Shown: in pieces, positions 20,470 through 27,196 of the stretch
Position numbering within the stretch: position 1 is the stretch's first letter
Layout of the letters: the number at the start of each line of letters is the position of its first letter
Assembly: GCA_963790185.1 (NCBI GenBank)
Contig: CAWBNR010000010.1
Span: 91,499-155,498 of the forward strand
Source of the DNA: an uncultured Thermoleophilia bacterium
Lineage (GTDB): Bacteria; Actinomycetota; Thermoleophilia; UBA2241
DNA length: 64,000 bases
Reading direction: 5' to 3'
Translations under genes and position numbers: made by a program
Notes under the pieces: model-generated
What the model was told of the DNA's origin: nothing
Seen by the model: the letters and a program-made list of their open reading frames with translations, nothing else
The model's database searches: none

Positions 20470-20957
20470 TGCTTCTGCCGATCAAGCCGCGCTATGCGGA
20501 GCCGATCATGGCCGGCCGCAAGCGCGTGGAGTTCCGTAAGATCCCCTTTGCGCGTGCGCCGTCCCACGTGGTCGTCTACGCGAGCAGTCCGGTCAAGCAG
20601 GTGCTCGGGTACTTCGAGGTCTCTGACATCGATATCGACGACGTTGACGCACTGTGGGCAAAGCACGCGCGGGTCGGCGGCATCGCGGAGGACCAGTTCG
20701 CGCGGTACTTCTGTGGGCGCGATGCCGGCGTGGCCATCGGTGTCGGGCGCGTCGTCACAGCCGGGCGCCCCATGGCGCTCGCTGACCTCGGTCTGAGCGG
20801 GCGGCCTCCTCAGAGCTTCAGTTACGTCGATGCTGCGGTCCTCGGCAGGCTGCAGGACGAGGGTACGCGGAACCAGGATTGGGCAGGCACAGCACGTCGC
20901 GCTCGGTTGCGGGGGCGCCGCTGCTGGCGGACTCGTCCCGGTCTCGAAGCCGGCTGA
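20469..20957 (+). CDS. ASCH-domain protein. The start is taken as GTG 20469, overlapping the upstream TAG, with ATG 20442 as the alternative.
   Basis: The segments LLPIKPRYAEPIMAGRKRVEFRK (GxKxxExR), VVVYASSPVKQVLGYFEV and RPPQSFSYV are present. Confidence 0.7.
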   Translation: MLLPIKPRYAEPIMAGRKRVEFRKIPFARAPSHVVVYASSPVKQVLGYFEVSDIDIDDVDALWAKHARVGGIAEDQFARYFCGRDAGVAIGVGRVVTAGRPMALADLGLSGRPPQSFSYVDAAVLGRLQDEGTRNQDWAGTARRARLRGRRCWRTRPGLEAG

Positions 20958-20979
20958 AGCGGCGCCAGCGAACGGCGAA

Positions 20980-21324
20980 GTGACACCACGCGTCGCCACC
21001 AACGCCTTCATCGCCAACACCGACTTCGGCTGGTTCTCGCACTTCCTGCACCGCGCCGAGCCGCCGGACGAGGTCGACTTCTGGCAGCCCTCGCCGCACG
21101 GCTTCAAGGCGATCCCGCCGGGCGCGCCGTTCTTCTTCCGTCTCGGCGCGCCCCACAAGGCCATCGCCGGCTTCGGCTTCTTCGCGCGCTACGAGCGCGT
21201 GCCCGCGTGGCTCGCCTGGGAGTCCTTCGGCGACCTGAACGGCACCGACACCTTCGCCGAGATGACGGCGCGCATCGAGGCGATCCGCCGCCGCACCGGG
21301 GAACTCCTACTCCAAGGGGCTTGA
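20980..21324 (+). CDS. Truncated N-terminal domain of an actinobacterial family usually annotated HNH endonuclease (possibly a PUA-like reader). No HNH part is present. It may be fused to the next ORF if one extra base is an artefact.
   Basis: The sequence reads FIANTDFGWFSHFLHRAEPPDEVDFWQPSPHGFKAIPPGAPFFFRL...IAGFGFFARYERVPAWLAWESFGDLNGTDTFAEMTARIEAIRRR. The stop at 21322-21324 is followed by ATG 21326 in the +1 frame. Confidence 0.55.
   Translation: MTPRVATNAFIANTDFGWFSHFLHRAEPPDEVDFWQPSPHGFKAIPPGAPFFFRLGAPHKAIAGFGFFARYERVPAWLAWESFGDLNGTDTFAEMTARIEAIRRRTGELLLQGA
21006..21096. repeat. 91-nt direct repeat, copy 1. It matches 25362-25452 at 90 of 91 positions.
   Basis: Manual ungapped alignment at a constant offset of 4356 nt. 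The single mismatch is 21075 C versus 25431 T. Confidence 0.9.
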
Positions 21325-21325
21325 G

Positions 21326-22975
21326 ATGCCGACCAATCGCGAAGTCCTGCCCGACTACCTCGCCCGCTACCAGCGGGTCGTCTTCGTGGGGACTGCGGCA
21401 GGGAACGCCTCCGCGAGCCTCGGTCACTACTACGCCAGCCAGGGCAACGCGTTCTGGGAACTGCTCTACGGTGCGGGCCTCACGACGTCCAGCCTTGAGC
21501 CTCGCGAGGATGCGTGGGTTCTGGTAGACAGGATCGGGCTGACCGATCTCTACAAGCACCACCACGGCATGGACGATACGCTGCCCGCTGACGGCCACGA
21601 CATCGGGCGCTTCGTCGGGAAGATCGAGAAGCACGCGCCTGACTGGGTCGCCTTCACGAGCAAAGCCGCCGCCCGGACCGCCGCGAAGCTTCTGGACCGT
21701 TCCGCAGACTTGGTGCACCTTGGGCCGCAGGCCGACTGGCAGATCGGTCGCAGCCGAGTGTTCGTTCTGCCCAGCCCAAGTGGGGCCAATCGTGGGCGGA
21801 GCGGCCTGGAGGGGAGGGCGAGCCGGCTTGAGTGGTACGCAGAGCTCCGCGACTGCGCGTGGCCGCAGGCAGAAGTTCCCCGTTGCCTGGGCAGGGCGCT
21901 CTGCTCAGAGTTGCTGCGTGCGCTGCGGTTTGGTCACTTGCGCCCGCTGCTCTCGGCAACGCTGAGGGATACCACGCTGGATCTGGAGTTCCGCGGCAAT
22001 GCCTTCAACATCTACTACCGTGGCGGCAGCCTGGTCTCCGTGAACCGCAACCCGTCGACAGGTGAGCTGGTCTGCAAGTTCGATCCTGAGTACACGGACA
22101 CGACCCATAGCCGCGGCCGCGCTCCAAAGAAGGGGGCACCGAAGGCCGCCATGGACCTGCCCGACCGCAAGGTGGACACACTCGACGCTGTCACGGCGTG
22201 GGTCGATCTATTCCCGCGGCTCAAGAGCGCGATGGATGTCTACTTCGGCAACCCCAGCCATCCGAAGGAGGAGCGTCAGTACTCTCAGGAGACGGTGCGC
22301 TCTAACAACTTCGGCTCTGCCTGCGACAAGACGGACTACGTGATGGCCGACCTCGAGTACAAGGCGGCCTGCGCGTGGGAAGACCCCGGCGAGGGGCCGA
22401 GGAAGAAGGGCATGTACTTCGATCTCGTGGGTGCGTACTGGCCGTCCACCGGCGCATCCCGGCGAAACCCCGACAAGCTGCGGCTCTCCATCATCGAGGT
22501 GAAGTACCGCGACGCCGTGCTACAGGGTGAGCAAGGGCTCGTGGAGCACATGCGCGACGTCATGCGCTGGTTCGCACCCGAGAAGGTGGCGGCGCTCAAG
22601 ACGGAGATGCTCGCGGTGCTGCAACAGAAGCACTACCTGGGGCTGATCTCCTCCGCCAAGCCTCCGACGGGCTTCGATGGTGGGCGGGTCGAGTATCTGG
22701 TTCTTCTGGCGGATCACGACCCCGGCTCCCGCGTTCTTCACAACGTGCTGTCACAGGTCGAGCGCGAAAGGCCGCTGGCCGGCCCGGACGGCGTCGATGT
22801 CGTCGATCTTCGCTTCTGCACGGGGACGTTCATGGGCTACGGCATTTGGAGGGAAGGCCTCAAGACGTTGGCAGAGCTGCGGTCCAGCCATGACCGCCAG
22901 ATCTACTCCAGATCGTCGTCACGCGGGACGAGCACACCTGGGATGCCCCCATCTCTGGTACCAGCAGAAGGGTGA
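21326..22975 (+). CDS. MUG/TDG-family (UDG family 2)-like DNA glycosylase domain fused to a C-terminal putative PD-(D/E)xK nuclease domain
   Basis: The N-terminus aligns by eye with E. coli Mug. VVFVGTAAGNASASLGHYYASQGNAFWELLYGAGLT corresponds to VFCGINPGLSS...ANRFWKVIYQAGFT, and VFVLPSPSGAN corresponds to WVLPNPSGLS. The C-terminus has MYFDLVG followed 24 aa later by LSIIEVKY. Confidence 0.65.
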   Translation: MPTNREVLPDYLARYQRVVFVGTAAGNASASLGHYYASQGNAFWELLYGAGLTTSSLEPREDAWVLVDRIGLTDLYKHHHGMDDTLPADGHDIGRFVGKIEKHAPDWVAFTSKAAARTAAKLLDRSADLVHLGPQADWQIGRSRVFVLPSPSGANRGRSGLEGRASRLEWYAELRDCAWPQAEVPRCLGRALCSELLRALRFGHLRPLLSATLRDTTLDLEFRGNAFNIYYRGGSLVSVNRNPSTGELVCKFDPEYTDTTHSRGRAPKKGAPKAAMDLPDRKVDTLDAVTAWVDLFPRLKSAMDVYFGNPSHPKEERQYSQETVRSNNFGSACDKTDYVMADLEYKAACAWEDPGEGPRKKGMYFDLVGAYWPSTGASRRNPDKLRLSIIEVKYRDAVLQGEQGLVEHMRDVMRWFAPEKVAALKTEMLAVLQQKHYLGLISSAKPPTGFDGGRVEYLVLLADHDPGSRVLHNVLSQVERERPLAGPDGVDVVDLRFCTGTFMGYGIWREGLKTLAELRSSHDRQIYSRSSSRGTSTPGMPPSLVPAEG

Positions 22976-23091
22976 GTGTCTGCGGTTGATGGTCTGTGCC
23001 GCGGAGCGACTCCGACTCCACTCGCGTGGCGGCTTGGGCGCTCCCGTGCCTGGTGGCTTGGGCCCTGTCATCGCGCCCGGTCAGCCCGACT

Positions 23092-23241
23092 TCACGCCCC
23101 GCACCCGCGCCTGAACCCGAACACGATGCCGACCAGCAGAAGGATCAGTGCGATGATCAGGATCCAGCGCAGCGCTTCGACGAAGAGACCGATGCCGCCG
23201 AAGATGAGCGCCAGGATCAGCAGGAGAATGACCAACCACAT
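23092..23241 (-). CDS. Small hydrophobic protein of 49 aa with two predicted TM helices. It is below the ORF-track length cut-off.
   Basis: Translated by hand as MWLVILLLILALIFGGIGLFVEALRWILIIALILLLVGIVFGFRRGCGA. The RBS GAGGAGGG lies 5-6 nt upstream of ATG 23241. Confidence 0.55.
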   Translation of the reverse strand: MWLVILLLILALIFGGIGLFVEALRWILIIALILLLVGIVFGFRRGCGA

Positions 23242-23534
23242 GACGAGCCCTCCTCACGTCTGGGGCGGGCCGCCGTCGGGCCCTTGCGTCCGTACTACCC
23301 CTTTAGAACGCTTCGAGAACGCCCTCTCCCTGGTCTTGCGGGTTCACGACCCGTCGTCGCCCAGTCGGCCGCGACGGTCGGCCGCTGGGGGCATCCCGCT
23401 GGGCAGTCTCAGGTCGATGACCGCGTGATGCAGAACAGCTAGCGCCGCCGCTGTGTCCGGCGCACGGGCTGGTAGTCGTCTCGTACACCTTCTGCAGCTG
23501 GGGGAGGGTGAACTCCTCCGGGCAGAAGGCCGTC

Positions 23535-23613
23535 TGGATCGCCCGGGAGTCCTTAGGCGACCTGAGCGGCAGCGACACCTTCGCCGAGATGACGGCGCGC
23601 ATCCAGGCGTTCC
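23535..23613 (+). pseudogene. Internal fragment (...WIARESLGDLSGSDTFAEMTARIQAF) of the same N-terminal domain as 20980..21324
   Basis: It matches 21208-21286 at 72 of 79 nt with no gaps (offset 2327). Confidence 0.7.
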
Positions 23614-23682
23614 CTGTTCAACGAGAACGTCACCCGTGCCCGGCCTTGTGCGCTGCTCGGCAGTAGTGAAGACTCGACGCCA

Positions 23683-24912
23683 ATGAGCAAGGACGATCGA
23701 CTTCCCTATCTCCACGCGCTGGCCCATCTGCGCACGCCGGACGAAGCACCGTGGACTGATCGCCGGTACGGCAAAACCCCTGACGATGATCCGCGACCAG
23801 CCTTCGAGCGGGACCGCGACCGCATCATCCACAGTGAGTACTTCCGCCGGCTGCAGCACAAGACGCAAGTCCTCATCGTGACCGAGGGCGATCTCTACAG
23901 CACGCGTCTCATGCACTCGGTCGAGACAGCGCAGGTTGGCCGGTCTCTTGCCTGCTCACTCGGCCTCAACGCTCCGCTCGCGGAGGCCATCTGCCTCGGC
24001 CACGACGTCGGTCACACACCGTTCGGCCACCAGGGTGAGGAGACTCTCAAGCGGTTACTCGATGATCATGGGGGCTGGGACTCGAACCACCACTCGCTGC
24101 TTGTCCTCGACGAGATCGAGGTGCAGTACCCGGCGCATCTCGGGCTCGATCTCACGATGGCGGTTCGTGAGGGCATCGCGCGCCACAAGACCGCCTACGA
24201 TGACCCTGCGGTGGGCTACGGGTCGGGCTCCGAGCTTGGTGCTCACAAGTCTCCCTCGCTCGAGGCTCAGACCGGCAACGTGGCCGATGAGGTGGCCTAC
24301 GTGAGTCATGATGTTCACGATGCTCTTGAGCACGGGTTGGTCACTCGCGACGAGCTCGGCGACGCGCTCTCTGAGGTGAGCCTGTGGCGGCGAGCGAGTG
24401 TCAAGACCGATGCCGAGATCAAGTCGATTCATCCTGAGGGGTGGAAAGGCGTCGACGAGTGGAAGCTGACGGTCCGGTGGTTGCATCGCAACCTGATCTC
24501 GATACTGCTCGACGACGTGCTGACGGAATCGGCTCGGCGTGGGGCTGGGCACGCCGATCTGCTCGCCGCTCGCGATGACCCAACGCCGGTCATCGCCTTC
24601 TCTGATGAGATGCGTCCACAGCTCGATCGCGTACGCGGCTACCTCCACGAGCGCGTGTACAAGGGCCCGCTGGTCGCGCGGCAGAACGCCAAGGCCGACC
24701 ACGTCCTGGAGAGGCTGTTCGAGACGCTGTGCGCCAAGAGGCTGCTGCTGCCGTGGCATGTCCAGCAGCGGATCAACGGCTCCGAGGACGCCACGGTCAT
24801 CGCCAAGAACGTCGCCCTGTTCCTTGTCAGTCTCACCGACAGGGCCGCCATCGACTTGTACGGCGAGCTGTTCATCCCGTCCGACCGTGCCATGGGGCAC
24901 CATGTGCACTGA
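23683..24912 (+). CDS. dGTPase-family dNTP triphosphohydrolase (HD domain)
   Basis: The segments FERDRDRIIHSEYFRRLQHKTQV, RLMHSVETAQVGRSL and GHDVGHTPFGHQGEE are present. Confidence 0.85.
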   Translation: MSKDDRLPYLHALAHLRTPDEAPWTDRRYGKTPDDDPRPAFERDRDRIIHSEYFRRLQHKTQVLIVTEGDLYSTRLMHSVETAQVGRSLACSLGLNAPLAEAICLGHDVGHTPFGHQGEETLKRLLDDHGGWDSNHHSLLVLDEIEVQYPAHLGLDLTMAVREGIARHKTAYDDPAVGYGSGSELGAHKSPSLEAQTGNVADEVAYVSHDVHDALEHGLVTRDELGDALSEVSLWRRASVKTDAEIKSIHPEGWKGVDEWKLTVRWLHRNLISILLDDVLTESARRGAGHADLLAARDDPTPVIAFSDEMRPQLDRVRGYLHERVYKGPLVARQNAKADHVLERLFETLCAKRLLLPWHVQQRINGSEDATVIAKNVALFLVSLTDRAAIDLYGELFIPSDRAMGHHVH

Positions 24913-24998
24913 TGCGACGCTAGTGGCGAGACTTCCGTTCCCAGTGCCGGGTAGGATACGCGTGGCGACTGCGGAACCAGAGAGTAGAGGAGGGCGCT

Positions 24999-25259
24999 GT
25001 GGCCATCGATCTCAATCGTGAAGCCGAGAACATCCGCGCTGAGGGCGCGAAGTTGGCGCACGAGGGCTGGATCAGCGATAGCGCTTCTCCCAGTCAGGTG
25101 GCGACGTACGTTGCCGCGAGCGAGCACGTGGAGTCTTTGAGCGCCGGCGAAGTGGTCGAGATCGTGCGGCAAGGACTCGACGTCGACGTCGCCAGCGGCA
25201 ACGCGTCCGCAGTGCGCGGTCTGGCGCGCGACGTTCTCTTGAAGCGCGCCGAGGCCTAG
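24999..25259 (+). CDS. Hypothetical small acidic protein (86 aa)
   Basis: The GTG start is preceded by GGAGG. The gene lies 86 nt downstream of the dGTPase on the same strand. Confidence 0.45.
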   Translation: MAIDLNREAENIRAEGAKLAHEGWISDSASPSQVATYVAASEHVESLSAGEVVEIVRQGLDVDVASGNASAVRGLARDVLLKRAEA

Positions 25260-25323
25260 CGCTTCTCCCTTCGGCGATGTGTGCGGTGGCCGGACCGCCG
25301 GACGAACCTGTTGTGCTGTAGGC

Positions 25324-25539
25324 ATGCCTCAGAGCGCCCGGCCAACCTCTGCGGCATCCGGCTTCATCGCCAACACCGACTTCGGCTGGTTCTCGCACTT
25401 CCTGCACCGCGCCGAGCCGCCGGACGAGGTTGACTTCTGGCAGCCCTCGCCGGCTATGGCTTGGACGGGGTGTGGTACTACGGCGCGGCTGAGCCACGGG
25501 TTGCTTGACCGGCGCGCGCCGGACGTGTTCCGCGGCTGA
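25324..25539 (+). pseudogene. Third copy of the same N-terminal domain, covering only the 5' part (aa 1 to about 43), then unrelated sequence and a stop
   Basis: The translation is MPQSARPTSAASGFIANTDFGWFSHFLHRAEPPDEVDFWQPSP, then it diverges. It contains repeat copy 2. Confidence 0.6.
25362..25452. repeat. 91-nt direct repeat, copy 2, paired with 21006-21096
   Basis: See copy 1. Confidence 0.9.
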
Positions 25540-25658
25540 ACGTCACCTCTGCTCGGCAATAGTCACCCCGGTGCCACACGGAGACTCCGGTTAGGCTCCG
25601 GGTGGCATGAAACGGCCAGATAGGCAGAGTGGTCAGGAGGCGGTGACCTGCGAGTCCC

Positions 25659-25694
25659 TTGAAAGGTCGCTGGGTATGACGTATCATCATACCC
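25659..25694 (+). promoter_or_regulatory. mazEF promoter with -35 TTGAAA (25659-25664), a 17-nt spacer and -10 TATCAT (25682-25687). It is overlapped by the inverted repeat GGGTATGA-N7-TCATACCC (25672-25694).
   Basis: Read directly. RBS GGAGG lies at 25695-25699 and the ATG at 25706. Confidence 0.55.
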
Positions 25695-25705
25695 GGAGGT
25701 GCATC

Positions 25706-25948
25706 ATGGGGCGCTCGAAGATAGCCATCACCATCGATGAGGAGACGCTCGGCGCGATCGACCGGCTGGTGGCCGAGCACCGTTTCCCCAACCGCAGTCA
25801 AGCCATCCAGGAGGCTCTCGACGAGAAGCTGACGCGACTCGCTCACAGCCGCTTGGCGCAGGAGTGCACGAAGCTCGACCCGGGCTTCGAGCAGGCTCTG
25901 GCCGACGAAGGCATGGGCGGAGAGCTGGCCGAGTGGCCCGAATACTGA
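25706..25948 (+). CDS. mazE: Ribbon-helix-helix (CopG/MazE-type) antitoxin
   Basis: The sequence reads [42 protein letters not shown]. It overlaps the toxin start. Confidence 0.75.
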   Translation: MGRSKIAITIDEETLGAIDRLVAEHRFPNRSQAIQEALDEKLTRLAHSRLAQECTKLDPGFEQALADEGMGGELAEWPEY

Positions 25949-26271
25949 GGGGCGCCGTCCACTGGGCCGATCTGGACCCGACCCGCGGGCACGAGCAGTC
26001 GGGCCGGCGGCCCGTCCTCATCCTGAGCGCCGACGTCTTCAACGAGCGCTCGGGCACGGTGATCGCGGTTGCGCTGACGACACAGTCTCAACGAGCCGGC
26101 TTCCCTCTGACCTTGGAGCTGGGCGCTGCGCGGTTTCCCAAGCCATCGTGGATCAAGATCAGCCAGATCCGCACCCTGTCGGTGCAGCGCATCGGCCGCA
26201 AGCTCGGGGCCGCCTCACCGGAGGAAGTCGCGCAGGTCATCGAGGGCCTGAATGAGATCTTGGGGGCGTGA
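25933..26271 (+). CDS. mazF: MazF/PemK-family endoribonuclease toxin
   Basis: The sequence reads [46 protein letters not shown]...[21 protein letters not shown] 25933 overlaps the mazE stop by 16 nt. Confidence 0.8.
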   Translation: MARILRGAVHWADLDPTRGHEQSGRRPVLILSADVFNERSGTVIAVALTTQSQRAGFPLTLELGAARFPKPSWIKISQIRTLSVQRIGRKLGAASPEEVAQVIEGLNEILGA

Positions 26272-26289
26272 CCAGCCTTTCAAGTAGAC

Positions 26290-26650
26290 GCGCAGTCGGC
26301 TTGCACCAGACCGCAGCGGCGGCGAGATCCGCAGCTTCACCTCCGACGACATCGCGTATCCCGCCCACAAGTACGGCCGGGTCATCTACGAAGCCGCCCG
26401 AAGAAGCCTCTGAAGGCGTTCCTCGTTTGGAACCAGGTGGAGTCTCCGAAGACGCACGACATCACGCGTCTGCTCGCGCTGTGCCGGTCTGTCGACCCGG
26501 GATTGGCCGAGTCCCTCGGCGGCGCCACGGGGTCGAGTATCGCTATCCCGGTGAATATCCGACGGTCCCGATCGCGGCGGCCAAGGAGAGCGTGGAGCGG
26601 CCGCTGATCGATCCTGTCACGAAGTGGAAGGCCAGCAATGCTGACATGGC
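26290..26650 (+). pseudogene. HEPN-domain protein, spread over three frames as sequenced. Both ends are approximate.
   Basis: One frame gives KPLKAFLVWNQVESPKTHDITRLLALCRSVDPGLAESL. The next frame gives VEYRYPGEYPTVPIAAAKESVE. Confidence 0.5.
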
Positions 26651-27133
26651 AGTCACAGCCTACCTCAACCGGGAGACCGGCGACCTCTGTACGATCCAAG
26701 AGGAGGAAGCGGTCTTGGCCGAGGACCTGGCTCCCCCTGCCTACGAGGTTCGACATCCATCTGAAGCGCCACGACGTCGCGGCAGCCGCTGCACAACAGG
26801 AGCTTCATCGGTCTGACTCCTCGGGCTGGTCGCCGCTCCGCTCTAGGGTGATTATCGGACGTCCGTCTCGGACTTCTCATCGACTGGGAGGTAGGTCCGC
26901 TTGAGAACGGCTGGATTCGGGTGCGTGCTTCTCGACCCCGGCATGCCGTTTCGAAAGACCATGTCGTTTCGTCGGGCACGGCCGCTCGGGCGGACTTGGC
27001 TGTTCCGCCACACTCGGCGGAAGGCCTGAATGACTGGGGGCCTCAACCGACAGCCGGTCAAACGCGCCACTTCCTGCCGCGGTTCGGGGTTTGCCGCCTG
27101 ACGTCATGCCAGATACGTGAACCACAAGAGGCC

Positions 27134-27163
27134 TTGCTGTGACGTCCGACGCCATGCGATAAT
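27134..27163 (+). promoter_or_regulatory. Candidate promoter with -35 TTGCTG, an 18-nt spacer and -10 GATAAT, upstream of the XRE-ImmA-PIN operon
   Basis: Read directly. TGACGTC half-sites lie at about 27100 and 27140. Confidence 0.4.
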
Positions 27164-27196
27164 AGCAACGCTTCACGAGTGGCGGAGGGAGGCGCT

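Noticed and set aside
23303-23602. A minus-strand 99-aa ORF containing FCPEEFTLPQLQKVYE, which resembles the C-terminal winged-helix of NrtR/Nudix-type regulators.
   Set aside because: Only about 16 residues resemble the family, and the rest is low-complexity. It is at best a gene remnant. It is mentioned as part of the mosaic but not called as a feature.
25452-25539. A possible remnant of the HNH catalytic region after the third domain copy (SHGLLDRRAPDVF versus the NGLLLR.D.H.LFD consensus as I recall it).
   Set aside because: The resemblance is limited to about 4 residues. No His/Asn/Cys pattern of an HNH motif appears in any frame.
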